64,000 bases of DNA from Candidatus Cloacimonadales bacterium (lineage in GTDB: Bacteria; Cloacimonadota; Cloacimonadia; Cloacimonadales; JAFGVF01), in the NCBI GenBank assembly GCA_963663475.2, contig CAXXJV010000001.1, forward strand, positions 1 through 64,000. Reading direction: 5' to 3'. Below the pieces are notes generated by a model that saw only the letters and a list, made by a program, of their open reading frames with translations, had not been told where the DNA came from and did no database searches. This document shows positions 27,124-38,386 of this stretch, one piece after another. Position 1 is the first letter of the stretch. Every line of letters starts with the position of its first letter. Position numbers and translations under genes: made by a program.

Positions 27124-28275
27124 ATGAGAAAAAAAGTATCAATCTTCATGTTTATAGATGCTTTTGGCTGGGAGATTCAGAAGAAATATAAGTTTTTAGA
27201 AGATTTATTACCCTACAGGTATCCAGCACAAATGCAATTTGGTTATTCCTGTACAGCCATACCCACTATTCTTACTGGCCAGAAACCAACCCAGCATAAA
27301 CACTTGACCTTCTATTATTATAATCCTGAGGAAAGTCCATTTAAGGCTTTTAAATACCTGAAATTTCTACCAAAGACAATTTTTGATAGGTGGAGATTCC
27401 GACATCAGTTTTCTAAAATCATCAAAAAAATAAATGGTTATACTGGATATTTTGAGATATATTCTATGCCTTTTGAACGTCTCCCCTATTTTGATTATAT
27501 AGAAAAGAAAGACCTCTTTATCCCAGGTGGCTTATCACCTGTTAAGAACTTAGCGGATGTTTTAGAAGAAAAGCAAATCCCTTATCATATTTCTAATTGG
27601 AGGTTATCTGAGACAGAAAACATTCAAGCCTTAGAAGAAGATATAAAGGCAGAAAAAATAGATTTTGCTTTCCTTTACACTGCTAGTATGGATGGCTTGC
27701 TCCATAATGTTACTAAGGATGGAAAAGAAGTTCAACCTAAATTAGATTGGTATGCTAGCAAGATTAAAAACCTTATTAAAGAAGTTGAAAAACATTATGA
27801 AGACTATTCCCTCTTTGTAATGTCTGATCATGGTATGACAAGTCTAACTCAGGAAGTGGATGTTAAGAAGGAAATTGAGTCTTTAGGTTTCAGATGGGGT
27901 ATTGATTATGTTGCTCTTTATGACTCTACAATGGTACATTTCTGGTTTTTAAATGACAAGTGCAGACCTCACATCATGAAAAAAGCTGAATCAATACCAT
28001 ATTCCCATTTTGTTACACAAGCTGATAAAGTTAAATATGGAATTGATTTTGAAGATAATATGTATGGAGAAGAAATTCTGTTAATGGACCCAGGAGTACA
28101 AGTAGTACCTTCTGACATGGGTATTAAGTCTCTACCTGGTATGCATGGATTTTCTCCTGAACATGAAGATTCTTATGCTGCTTGGATGGGAACTGACCCT
28201 CTTGATAATCCACCAAAATGGGTTGGCGACTACTTTACTATAATGACAGATTATATGGATAAAGGTTTAAAATAA
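27124..28275 (+). CDS. Alkaline phosphatase superfamily (type I phosphodiesterase/nucleotide pyrophosphatase) protein
   Basis: 'FIDAFG', 'AIPTILTG', 'DGLLH', 'SDHGM', 'GMHG'. Confidence 0.85.
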   Translation: MRKKVSIFMFIDAFGWEIQKKYKFLEDLLPYRYPAQMQFGYSCTAIPTILTGQKPTQHKHLTFYYYNPEESPFKAFKYLKFLPKTIFDRWRFRHQFSKIIKKINGYTGYFEIYSMPFERLPYFDYIEKKDLFIPGGLSPVKNLADVLEEKQIPYHISNWRLSETENIQALEEDIKAEKIDFAFLYTASMDGLLHNVTKDGKEVQPKLDWYASKIKNLIKEVEKHYEDYSLFVMSDHGMTSLTQEVDVKKEIESLGFRWGIDYVALYDSTMVHFWFLNDKCRPHIMKKAESIPYSHFVTQADKVKYGIDFEDNMYGEEILLMDPGVQVVPSDMGIKSLPGMHGFSPEHEDSYAAWMGTDPLDNPPKWVGDYFTIMTDYMDKGLK

Positions 28276-28692
28276 GAAATTTAGATACCCTGAGCAAGTT
28301 TTTTGATCTAAAGCTTTGATAAGACATGGGAGAGCATTCTTCCCAGCTTTAGCTACTATGAAAGCTGAGGCAATTAGCTAAGAAGATTCTGCTATTCGCA
28401 AAGGCCTACTGCATTATTAGGATTAATCTTATGGTAAGAGTATAAAAAGGCAAATAAATTTACTAAAATAAAGGATAACATAAAGATGTCTTGACAGATA
28501 TTCAATGATAAAACAATTGGATATACATAATTTGTTTGTCAAAATATATAAAGTAATTACTATTAGAAATTAGTCATTGATTGGGAAAATATTTTTTTTT
28601 GATAAAATCCTTGACAGATATTATAAAGTTATAATTTTAAATACTTTATATAATAAAATAAGAATAAAATATTGTTATAATAAGGAGAAGAA

Positions 28693-28980
28693 ATGACGAA
28701 AGCAGATTTAGTAAAAATCATAGCTAATGAAACTGGTATTATCAGAAAAGACGTAAGTGTAATTGTAGATAGTTTCTTCAATACTACAAAAGATTGCTTA
28801 AAAGAAGGCAACCATATCGAAATCAGAGGATTTGGTACCTTCAAATTAAAACAAAGAAAAGCTAGAACAGGAAGAAACCCTAGAACTGACGCTACTATAC
28901 CAGTACCTGAAAGAACAGTTCCTACTTTTAAATTCTCTCGTGAATTTAAAAATGATATAATAGACACATTTAAAAAATAA
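28693..28980 (+). CDS. HU/IHF family DNA-binding protein
   Basis: 'MTKADLV...IEIRGFGTF...ARTGRNPRT...VPTFK'. Confidence 0.95.
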   Translation: MTKADLVKIIANETGIIRKDVSVIVDSFFNTTKDCLKEGNHIEIRGFGTFKLKQRKARTGRNPRTDATIPVPERTVPTFKFSREFKNDIIDTFKK

Positions 28981-28991
28981 GGAGGAAGCTA

Positions 28992-29081
28992 ATGCCTTGC
29001 GGAAAAAAAAGAAAAAGACATAAAATCTCTACTCATAAGAGAAAGAAAAGACTTCGTAAAAACAGACATAAGAAAAAATAA
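28992..29081 (+). CDS. 30S ribosomal protein bS22 (AURKAIP1/COX24/mS38 family), 29 aa; not in ORF track
   Basis: MPCGKKRKRHKISTHKRKKRLRKNRHKKK with GGAGG RBS. Confidence 0.85.
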   Translation: MPCGKKRKRHKISTHKRKKRLRKNRHKKK

Positions 29082-29103
29082 TTTTTAGAATAAATAATGA
29101 CTT

Positions 29104-29128
29104 AAGCTCTCTTCGGAGAGCTTTTTTG
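29104..29128 (+). terminator. Rho-independent terminator
   Basis: AAGCTCTC-TTCG-GAGAGCTT followed by a T run. Confidence 0.85.
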
Positions 29129-29329
29129 GTGTAAGGAAACTGGAAAAGAATGGACTGGTAGCATCTTGTTGCCAGATTAACAGGCTTTCAGAACCTGTTG
29201 TGGACGCAAGATGCATCCACTCCATACTCCATGCAATCTAGCTCCAAAAGTCAGAGAAGTTGACTTTGTCAACATTCTAAAAAAGCCAAACAAAAGTTTG
29301 GCTTTTTTAGTATATATTTTATGAATTAA

Positions 29330-31036
29330 TTATTTTTTCTTAATCTTAGCCCATGCATCCTTTAAAGTTACTGTTCTATTAAATACAGGTCTTTCAGGAC
29401 TAGAATATCTTGAATCTAAAATAAAGTAACCAATTCTTTCAAACTGATAATTAACTCCAGCTTTTGCTTTAGCTAGTTCAGGTTCAACAAAGCAGTTGGA
29501 GATTACTTCTAAAGAGTTTGGATTCATATAATCAATAAAAGTTTTACCTTCTTCTTTCTTATTAGGATTCTCTTCTGAGAATAAATTATTAAGGACTCTA
29601 ACTTCCACTTGCTTAGCATGTTGAGCAGAAACCCAATGCATAGTAGCTTTTACTTTTCTTCCATCAGGTGCATTACCACCTTTAGTTTCTGGGTCATAAC
29701 TACAGTGAATTTCTATTATTTTTCCATTCTCATCTTTAATAATATCATGGCATGTTATGAAATAAGCATACCTAAGTCTTACTTCCCTACCTTGTGATAA
29801 TCTAAAGAATTTCTTAGGTGCATCTTCCATAAAATCATCTTGTTCAATATATAATTCTCGGGAGAATGGAACTAATCTTGTACCATCTTCTGGTCTTTCT
29901 GGATTATTAACTGCTTCAAGCCATTCATCTTTACCTTCAGGATAATTAGTAATGACAACCTTTAAAGGATTAACAACACCCATCATTCTTAAGGCACTTT
30001 TATTTAGAACTTGTCTGACATGGTATTCTAAAAGAGCTAATTCAACTGTTGAATTTCTTTTAGCTAGACCAACATCTTCACAGAAGTTTCTGATTGCTTC
30101 AGCTGGGTAACCTTTTCTTCTTAAACCACAAAGAGTAGGCATTCTTGGATCATCCCAACCGTCAACAATTTCTTTATCTACAAGTTCTTTAAGTTTTCTT
30201 TTAGAGGTAACAGTATGAGAAAGCTCAAGTCTGGCAAACTCTATTTGTTGTGGATGATAAAGATCTAAAGCTTCTAAGAACCAGTCATAAAGAGCTCTGT
30301 TATTTTGAAATTCTAAAGTACAAAGAGAATGGGTAATTCCTTCAATAGAATCTTCTAAACAATGGGCAAAGTCATACATGGGATAAATATGCCATTTGTC
30401 ACCCGTTTGATGGTGATGAGCATGTCTAATTCTATAAATAAGTGGATCACGCATCTTCATATTAGGGTGAGCCATATCAATCTTAGCTCTTAAAGTGTAT
30501 TGACCTTCAGCAAAGTCACCATTCTTCATACCTTCTAAGAGGGCTAAACTCTCTTGAGCAGGTCTATCACGATCTGGTGATGGCTTACCTGCTTCTTTAA
30601 CAGTTCCACGGTATTCTTTAATTTCCTCAAGAGAAAGTGAACACACATAGGCAAGACCTTTCTTAATAAGCATTTGCGCATATTCGTAAAATTTATCAAA
30701 ATATTGTGAAGCATAGAAAAGCCTATCTTCCCAATCATAACCCAACCATTTAATGTCTTCTTGGATTGAATCTACATATTCTACATCTTCTGTTGTAGGA
30801 TTAGTGTCATCAAATCTAAGATTAGTTAAGCCATTATAATCTTTAGCAATTCCAAAATCTACGACTATAGCTTTGGCATGTCCTATATGCAAATAGCCAT
30901 TAGGTTCTGGTGGAAAACGAGTATGTACTCTACCATCGTACTTCCCACTTTCAATATCTTTATCTATTATTTGTCTAATAAAATCTTTCTTTTCAGGTCT
31001 TTCTGAAAATGAAGATTCAGTATTTTTATTAACCAT
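29330..31036 (-). CDS. glnS: Glutamine--tRNA ligase
   Basis: 'TRFPPEPNGYLHIGHAK', 'LRFDDTNP', 'SKRKL', 'QFERIGYF'; start set at MVNKN. Confidence 0.96.
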   Translation of the reverse strand: MVNKNTESSFSERPEKKDFIRQIIDKDIESGKYDGRVHTRFPPEPNGYLHIGHAKAIVVDFGIAKDYNGLTNLRFDDTNPTTEDVEYVDSIQEDIKWLGYDWEDRLFYASQYFDKFYEYAQMLIKKGLAYVCSLSLEEIKEYRGTVKEAGKPSPDRDRPAQESLALLEGMKNGDFAEGQYTLRAKIDMAHPNMKMRDPLIYRIRHAHHHQTGDKWHIYPMYDFAHCLEDSIEGITHSLCTLEFQNNRALYDWFLEALDLYHPQQIEFARLELSHTVTSKRKLKELVDKEIVDGWDDPRMPTLCGLRRKGYPAEAIRNFCEDVGLAKRNSTVELALLEYHVRQVLNKSALRMMGVVNPLKVVITNYPEGKDEWLEAVNNPERPEDGTRLVPFSRELYIEQDDFMEDAPKKFFRLSQGREVRLRYAYFITCHDIIKDENGKIIEIHCSYDPETKGGNAPDGRKVKATMHWVSAQHAKQVEVRVLNNLFSEENPNKKEEGKTFIDYMNPNSLEVISNCFVEPELAKAKAGVNYQFERIGYFILDSRYSSPERPVFNRTVTLKDAWAKIKKK

Positions 31037-31347
31037 AGCTATATCATCCTTTATAAAATTTACAGAACTAATATAAATGCTGTTATTATTAGTCAAGTCA
31101 AATCTTTATTTAGCCTAAATAATCCTGAAGGAGACTGTTCAACCCGAATGGTGCAGTAGAACTTTGATGAAGAGTGCTAGATTCTTTTAGCAAAATAGCT
31201 TACAGAATTTTGACGCATATATTTTATGGCTCTTGTTCAAGTCTGGTGGTAAATAAGAGACTTTCATTATAGCATATTGCTTGAATAATAGAAATTTACA
31301 AGTAAGAATATACTGTTAAGAGTATGTTTTATTTGATGATAAGTACT

Positions 31348-31665
31348 AAATCCTGAAGGGATAAGTCTTAAATCCTCAAAGAGGATAAATAGTTTAGCCT
31401 AGGGTAAATTCCTGAAGGAAATGCAACCCTGGGTACTAGTGATGAAAAACAAAGCCTAACCCTGAAAGGGTTAAATAACATCATATATACCATAGACTTA
31501 TACAATAATATATTATTTATCATTTTATTAAACCCTTACAGGGTAACATCTTTGGGCTAGCCATCATTACCCAGGGTTGCGATACTTTCAGCATCTTACC
31601 CTGGGCTAAATTATTTTATCCCTTTGAGTCTTCGCTAAAGCTACGCCCCACAAGTCAGGGATTTT
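31348..31665. repeat. Long imperfect inverted repeat, non-autonomous IS200/REP-type element
   Basis: CTCAAAGAGGATAAATAGTTTAGCCTAGGGTAA...CCCTGAAAGGGTT pairs with AACCCTTACAGGG...TTACCCTGGGCTAAATTATTTTATCCCTTTGAG. Confidence 0.7.
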
Positions 31666-31709
31666 TGATGAATTAATATAGTAATGAAATATTCTCATTT
31701 TCCTATATT

Positions 31710-31875
31710 ATCCCGAATGGTGCAGTAGAACTTTGATGAAGAGTGCTAGATTCTTTTAGCAAAATAAGTTACAGAATTTGAAGGCATATAATATATATAT
31801 TCCTGAAAATTATGTAGCTTACTTTTGCAAAAGAAGATAGTGCTATTCGCAAAGGTCTACTGCATTATTTGGGAT
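31710..31875. mobile_element. Full-length MITE copy with terminal inverted repeats
   Basis: ATCCCGAATGGTGCAGTAGAACTTTG ... CAAAGGTCTACTGCATTATTTGGGAT. Confidence 0.7.
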
Positions 31876-32104
31876 TATTCCCACCAGACTTGAACTTGAG
31901 CCTATTTTATATATTCGGAGAAATAATGGAAGTTACTTTTGCAAAAGAATATAGTGCTATTCTCAAAGGCTATTGCATTATTTGGGTTAAACCACAATAA
32001 AAATGGCACGACTGATGCCGTGCCATTTTGATATATTTTATCATTTTCCCATGGCTTAGAAAACCCTTAAAATGGAATCCTAAAGTTCATGGGGTCATAT
32101 GATA

Positions 32105-35100
32105 CTATTTCATTAAGATCATCTTCTTAGTTGATGAATATGAGCCACTAGACATTCTATAGAAATAAACACCTGAAGCTACACTTGAATTATTTTCATC
32201 TCTACCATTCCAAACAACATTATGTTGTCCTTTATCTTGATGTTCATTAACTAAGCTTCTAACTTTTTGGCCTTTTAAGTTATAGATATCAAGAGTAACC
32301 TGACCAGCTTCTCTTAAGTTATAAGAGATAGAAGTTTCAGGATTAAATGGATTTGGATAGTTTCCAACTAATTCGGTAGTAGCCAAGTTAACATCATTAT
32401 TATTATCAGTACCATTTGGTGCTGTTACTTTGAAGTTATCTAGCATAAATATGAAGGCATCATTTGATACACATTGGACAGCAAGTCTGATTGTTTGTCC
32501 TGCATAAGCATCAAGGTTGTAGTTATATTCAGTCCATGTAGTTGGAGCTTGAATATAATCATCACCAGAGATAGCAGTGAAGTCTTCTATATTTGTTGAA
32601 CCAGTTGAAACTAAGACATTGAATCTTTCTAAGCCATATTGATCAGTAATTGATTTAGCAGTGAAAGAAACATTAGCTTCTTGGTCTATAGTGAAAGTTG
32701 GAGTAATCATCCAATCATCATTAGCAGGAGTAACAGAAGCGAAAGCTGCAGCATATTTAGCACCATCATAAGCACTGTAAACCTCGTCAGTTAGAGGAGG
32801 AGTAGTCATAGATGGATTGAATACGATATAAGCTTGAGGAGCTTCAGCATTTTCCCAGCTAGTATTATTAATTGAATAGGTTCCTGACATATCATTATCT
32901 ACAATAGTCCATGCCCCGAATTCAAGAGAGAAATCAGGATATGTTTCAAAACCATCATTGATAAGAATAGCATCAGGATCACCAACGGTAACAGAAGCTG
33001 TATTGGAAGGAGCAGACTCAACTTCACCATACATAGCAGTTACATAATAAGTATAGACACCATCTTCAGTAACTGGGTCCATGTATTCAATTTCATTCAC
33101 TTCAGCAATCATGACTTCATTACGATAAACTTTCCAGCTATCAGGATTTCTTAGTTCAATAGTTCTAAGATCAGAGTTGACTGTAACTATTTGACCAGCG
33201 TCATCTGTATAAACTTTGCTGAGAAGTTGGGCAACAACAGTATCCCAGTTAAGCATAACACCACCCTCAACTAGAGTAGCAGTTAAGTTTTCTGGAGGAT
33301 TTACACCATCAAATAGGAGGTCTGCATCATTTCTTGCAGTAATATAATCTCCGTCATTACGGGCATTTGGTATTGCTACAATATGGCCTGTTTCAATAGG
33401 AATATCAGAACCAATATAATCAACATCATAGAATGTAGTTCTGAAATTAAAGTTATCAGTACCATCAGTAATAGTGTAGTTTTGACCATTAGCAAAGGCT
33501 CCAGCATCACTAAACATAACATTGTTCAATTTAACAAGTCTTCCTTCATAAGTATCAAAATCTGTTACTAGATCATTGATAGTTACGATAAGAGGATTGA
33601 CTACATTACCTGTAGAATTAGGTGTAGGTCCAGCTTGAGAAGGAGTAAACTGAAGCATATTGCCATATTCAGTAAGAGAACCTTGCAGACCAGTCACAGC
33701 ATCGCCTGCATTATAAACAATATCAAGGACATTATTATTATCATCAATGAGGATACCAGCAGTATCGTCTTGGATATATTTTTGATTTCTGAAGTCTTGA
33801 GTAAAAGTAACAATAACTTCAGATGTTAAGTTATAGATAGTTCCATTAGTAGAGCCAGCTCTTAATTCAGCAACAGAAGTAACATCAACGATAGTTAGAA
33901 TTGTATAGTTAGCAGTTGCTATATAAGAAGGATCCATACCGTCAGCATAAGCTCTAGCTTTCACAGTAGTAGTTTGGCTAATATCTATTGGTTCAGTATA
34001 TTGAGTAGATGTCATAGTTGGTTCAGAGCCATCTAAAGTATAGTAGATAGTAGCATTTTCTGTTTCAGAAGTAATAGATACGCTGATTGCAGTATCAAAA
34101 GTACCAGAAGCAGGATCAAATACAGGGGTAGAAGTATAATTACCAGGATTTCCACCAGTAAAGTCATGAGAACCGATAAAGCTAAATTCATCAATATCAT
34201 AGACTATCCATTCAGAATCATCAGCATTTGTACCAGCAGAAGTAGCCCAATCAGTATTTCCCACAACAACAGTTGGTTTTCTGATTAAGGTATGGTTAAG
34301 AGTTGCTTCAGTAACACCTGCGACATCCCAAGCAGTACCTGGATCAACTTGATAAACACCAACAGCATCAATAAGAACATCATTTAAGAAGAGTCCTATT
34401 GCATCGTCACCATTGAAGTAAGTAACAGCAGAAGTTGCATCAGATGCGTTTAAGATTGCAGGATCAGAAGCAGAGTTAGCAATAACAAATACATCACCAT
34501 TTTCTAGGTTTCCTTCAAGGTTCAATTCATTATTCCATTCACCACCATTAGAAGCTGATTTAACAACATAAGGAGTTAAATCAACAGTCATACCTGTGCC
34601 ATTAAAGATTTCAATAGCTTTATTATTTGAAGATCCTTCAAGATATTCAGAGATGAATAAATCTTCGGCATCACCGTTAGTTTGGCCGATATGAGCCATA
34701 ACAGAGTTAGAAGCTAGAGATTCTTCAGTACCATACATAGCTGTAAGGTAGTATGTATAATCGCCATCAGCTAAGTCTGCATCAGTATAGGTTAAGATAT
34801 TTGCAGCTAACTCAACTAGTAAGGCATCATCCTTATAGACTTTATAAGCAGTCAAGTTTGTAGCATCAGTTGGAGCTTGCCAAGTGAGGGTTACTGCATT
34901 TTCATTAACTTCATAAGTTAAGTTTTCTGGAGCAGGGTTTGTAACTGGACCGAAGTCGAAATCAGTTAAGAAACGTGAAGAAATATATTCACCATCAGTT
35001 CTTGAGTTTGGTAAGGCCACAATTGACCCTTGGCCAGCAGGAAGACCTGTTCCGATATAATCTTCATCATAGAAAGAAGTTCTGAAGTTATAAGTATTAG

Positions 35101-38100
35101 TTCCATCAGATAATTCATAGACTGAACCGTTAGCGAAATCACCAGTAGCAGTAAAGTGAACATCTTCAAGTACAACTAATCTAGCTTCATAAGTATCGAA
35201 GCTAGAAGTTAATTGAGGGATAGTAACAGTAACTACAGCTAAATCATTACCAGTAGAAGCTACTGAAGCAATATCTTGCACAGGAGTAAACTGTAACATT
35301 CCGCCATATTCACTAATAGTACCTTGTACGCCAGTAATTCCATCACCAGGATTTACTTGAGTAGCAATAATATCACTATTATCATCAATTAAGATACCAG
35401 CAGTAGCATCTTGAATATATATTTGATTTCTAAAAGATTGAGTATAAGAAACAAAGACTTCTGAAGTAACATTATAGATTGTTCCATCAGTATTTCCAGC
35501 TCTTAATTCAGCTATAGTAGCAACATTTTGAACTGTAAGAATAGTATAGTCACCTGTTGCTACAAAAGAAGGATCTAAGTCAAGAGCATAAGCAATAGCT
35601 TTGATAGTAGTTGATTCATTAACACTGATAGGTCCTGTGTACATAGTTGAAGCATCTGTTGGTTCACTTCCATCAAGAGTATAGTAGATAGAAGCATTAG
35701 GTGTTTCACTAGTAAGACTTACATTAATAGGATCATCATAAGAGCCTGGTGCTGGATCGAAAGTAGGCATTGCAACCATATCACCAGCAGAACCAGCAAA
35801 GTCATGATAGCCAATATATGAGAAATCATCGATATCATAGACTAGCCATTGAGAATCAGCCATACTTGTACCAGCAGCAGCAGTCCAATCACTTGTGCCT
35901 ACAGCAACGTCAGGTTTTCTAACAAGGGTATGGTTTTGAGTTGCACCAGTAACACCAGCAACATCCCAAGCTGTTCCTGGATCACTTTGGTAAGTACCAA
36001 TGACATCAATAAGAACATCGTTTAAGAAGAGTCCTATGGCATCATCACCATTATACCAGGTAACATTACTAGTTACATCAGCAATATCTAAGATTGCAGG
36101 AACTGCAGCATCATTAGCAATAATGAAAACATCATTATGTTCTAAAGTACCTTGTAAATCAACTTCATTACTCCAATCATTACCATTAGAACCTAATTTT
36201 ACAACATAAGGAGTTAAATCTACAGCTTGACCTGTACCGTTAAAGATTTCAATACCTTTGTTGTTAGAGGAACCTTCGATATACTCAGAGAAGAATAAAT
36301 CTTCTGCAAAATCAGGAGGAGGAGGTGTATGGCCATCAACAGATCCTGAATAAAGGATTTGGTTTTTACCAACTGCTACAACATTGTTATCCCAACCAGT
36401 AATATCCATGATTCTTACAGGGTTAAATTGAGTTTCAGGTAAATCAATCTCAGTCCAAGTTGCTCCATTATCAATAGATTGCATCAAGGCCCATGTAGTA
36501 CCAAGATTTGAAGCATCAGCACTGTAACCACCAACGACTAAAGTTCCGTTATCAGCTTCGTAAATTCTATTGAGGTCATCACCAGCAGATTGACTAGCAA
36601 GTGTCCAATCACCAGCAGTTAAACCACCATTACTAGTGTAATAAATATCACCATCATCATTGATAGCGACACCATGGTCAGCATCTTGGAAGTAGATATC
36701 ATTAATATCACCAGAACCAAGTGTGATTGAAGTAAAGTCATTTCCATTACTTGTTCTATAGATTACGCCGTTCTTAGCACCTAAGACAATATTATTTTCA
36801 TCAAAAGCATGAGCAGCATAAATGTTATCATTACCAGTAATACCAGTTAATGAAAGAGTAGTCCAATCTGCCCCACCATTAGTAGTTTTAGCAGCAACAG
36901 AAGCATAACCAAAAGTCCAACCTATTTGATCATTCAAGAATTCAAAGGTATATAAAGATTTAGTTGAAGAAATACCAGGTACTTGATGACCAGTCCAAGT
37001 ATCACCACCATCAGTAGTTCTATAAACTACACCAGAAGTTTTACCAGTAACTAAACCTTCATCCATAGTAAAGAAATGAGAATCATATAAAAGGCTGATA
37101 TCATTGTTATTATATGGTTCAATATAAATTTTATCATAAGTAGAACCACCATTAGTAGTTTTAAAGATAGTTCCTTTATCTCCCACAAGATACCAGTTAT
37201 TTTGATCAATAAGAGAGACACTATAATTATCTACAGAAGAAACAGTCTTTTCAACCCAAGTGCTACCATCAGATGATTTAGCAACAGTTCCGTACCAACC
37301 AGCAAGCATAGCATTGCCATTAGCATCATAGGTAATATCTTGAGAGTAGTAGTTCCAGTCATTTTCAACAACTTGAACATTGACCCAAGAATCAGTAGTT
37401 TTTACAACAACACCATTCCAACCAACAGCATAACCTTCAGCGCCGTTCATAGTAACACCAGTTAAACGAGAGCCACTAAGGTCTGTGTGATGAGTCCAGT
37501 TTACACCATTATCATTACTGTATGAAATTGATCCATCATCACCAACTACAACAACTAAGTTACCATATTGTTCAACAGCAAAATTAGTTAATTCATTAGG
37601 AGTTCCTAGAGGAAGGAGTTCCCAGTTTTGTCCATAGTTGGTAGTTTTATATAGTTTAGCTTGGTCTGGAGAGCCATTATTACAAGCTACAAAGCCAGTT
37701 CCAGAGCTATTCATTGACATTTTATAGAGACTATCAGTACCAGGAGTATTTTGAAGTACCCATGTTTGGCCATGGTCTTCAGAGTAAGCTATCTTACCAT
37801 TAGCACCAGAAACCCAGATTTTTCCATCAGGATGATAGACAATACCTTCAGCATCATCAGTACCAAAAAGAGCATCTACACCAGGAGCTTGAGTCCAGTT
37901 TTGTCCTCCATCAGATGAGAGAAGAATCATACCATCTTCAGAAGCAATTGCTACATGATTTTCATCAGCAAATGACACATCATTAGCATCATTATAAACA
38001 CCAGACGCAGCATTAAAGGTAGGAGTCATAACAAAGGTAAAAGTTTCACCGTTATCTGTGGAAAGTCCTACACCCCCACTTCCTCCACCAATTACAACAT

Positions 38101-38221
38101 TGTTTCCAGCACGATCGATAGAGTATAAGTTCACTGGGAACTGAGCTTGTCTATCTAACTGCCAGGAGAATAAGGAGACTACAATAGTTAATATTGAAAT
38201 CACACTAATTAATCGTTTCAT
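32105..38221 (-). CDS. Large secreted multidomain protein: YCF48/BNR propellers, 2x (lamin-tail, chitobiase/Fn3-like, OB-like), Fn3, cleaved-adhesin-like, FlgD-Ig/T9SS-like CTD
   Basis: Signal peptide; SxDGGxxW repeats; 'LFFSEYIEGSSNNK' twice; 'IYYTLDGSEP' twice; 'DDWMITP'; GNYPNPFNPETSI...KKMILMK. Confidence 0.85.
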   Translation of the reverse strand: MKRLISVISILTIVVSLFSWQLDRQAQFPVNLYSIDRAGNNVVIGGGSGGVGLSTDNGETFTFVMTPTFNAASGVYNDANDVSFADENHVAIASEDGMILLSSDGGQNWTQAPGVDALFGTDDAEGIVYHPDGKIWVSGANGKIAYSEDHGQTWVLQNTPGTDSLYKMSMNSSGTGFVACNNGSPDQAKLYKTTNYGQNWELLPLGTPNELTNFAVEQYGNLVVVVGDDGSISYSNDNGVNWTHHTDLSGSRLTGVTMNGAEGYAVGWNGVVVKTTDSWVNVQVVENDWNYYSQDITYDANGNAMLAGWYGTVAKSSDGSTWVEKTVSSVDNYSVSLIDQNNWYLVGDKGTIFKTTNGGSTYDKIYIEPYNNNDISLLYDSHFFTMDEGLVTGKTSGVVYRTTDGGDTWTGHQVPGISSTKSLYTFEFLNDQIGWTFGYASVAAKTTNGGADWTTLSLTGITGNDNIYAAHAFDENNIVLGAKNGVIYRTSNGNDFTSITLGSGDINDIYFQDADHGVAINDDGDIYYTSNGGLTAGDWTLASQSAGDDLNRIYEADNGTLVVGGYSADASNLGTTWALMQSIDNGATWTEIDLPETQFNPVRIMDITGWDNNVVAVGKNQILYSGSVDGHTPPPPDFAEDLFFSEYIEGSSNNKGIEIFNGTGQAVDLTPYVVKLGSNGNDWSNEVDLQGTLEHNDVFIIANDAAVPAILDIADVTSNVTWYNGDDAIGLFLNDVLIDVIGTYQSDPGTAWDVAGVTGATQNHTLVRKPDVAVGTSDWTAAAGTSMADSQWLVYDIDDFSYIGYHDFAGSAGDMVAMPTFDPAPGSYDDPINVSLTSETPNASIYYTLDGSEPTDASTMYTGPISVNESTTIKAIAYALDLDPSFVATGDYTILTVQNVATIAELRAGNTDGTIYNVTSEVFVSYTQSFRNQIYIQDATAGILIDDNSDIIATQVNPGDGITGVQGTISEYGGMLQFTPVQDIASVASTGNDLAVVTVTIPQLTSSFDTYEARLVVLEDVHFTATGDFANGSVYELSDGTNTYNFRTSFYDEDYIGTGLPAGQGSIVALPNSRTDGEYISSRFLTDFDFGPVTNPAPENLTYEVNENAVTLTWQAPTDATNLTAYKVYKDDALLVELAANILTYTDADLADGDYTYYLTAMYGTEESLASNSVMAHIGQTNGDAEDLFISEYLEGSSNNKAIEIFNGTGMTVDLTPYVVKSASNGGEWNNELNLEGNLENGDVFVIANSASDPAILNASDATSAVTYFNGDDAIGLFLNDVLIDAVGVYQVDPGTAWDVAGVTEATLNHTLIRKPTVVVGNTDWATSAGTNADDSEWIVYDIDEFSFIGSHDFTGGNPGNYTSTPVFDPASGTFDTAISVSITSETENATIYYTLDGSEPTMTSTQYTEPIDISQTTTVKARAYADGMDPSYIATANYTILTIVDVTSVAELRAGSTNGTIYNLTSEVIVTFTQDFRNQKYIQDDTAGILIDDNNNVLDIVYNAGDAVTGLQGSLTEYGNMLQFTPSQAGPTPNSTGNVVNPLIVTINDLVTDFDTYEGRLVKLNNVMFSDAGAFANGQNYTITDGTDNFNFRTTFYDVDYIGSDIPIETGHIVAIPNARNDGDYITARNDADLLFDGVNPPENLTATLVEGGVMLNWDTVVAQLLSKVYTDDAGQIVTVNSDLRTIELRNPDSWKVYRNEVMIAEVNEIEYMDPVTEDGVYTYYVTAMYGEVESAPSNTASVTVGDPDAILINDGFETYPDFSLEFGAWTIVDNDMSGTYSINNTSWENAEAPQAYIVFNPSMTTPPLTDEVYSAYDGAKYAAAFASVTPANDDWMITPTFTIDQEANVSFTAKSITDQYGLERFNVLVSTGSTNIEDFTAISGDDYIQAPTTWTEYNYNLDAYAGQTIRLAVQCVSNDAFIFMLDNFKVTAPNGTDNNNDVNLATTELVGNYPNPFNPETSISYNLREAGQVTLDIYNLKGQKVRSLVNEHQDKGQHNVVWNGRDENNSSVASGVYFYRMSSGSYSSTKKMILMK

Positions 38222-38386
38222 AATTCCTCCAAATCGATTATTATCTCTAAGTACTAATATACTTGAATATCAATATTTTGGCAAGTAATTTTATATTAAG
38301 TAATATTTATAAAAAATGCAAGTACTTAGAAATATTCTTGTGTAAAAAAATTAAGAGGGAAGAATCCTTCCCTCGTATGAAAAAAA

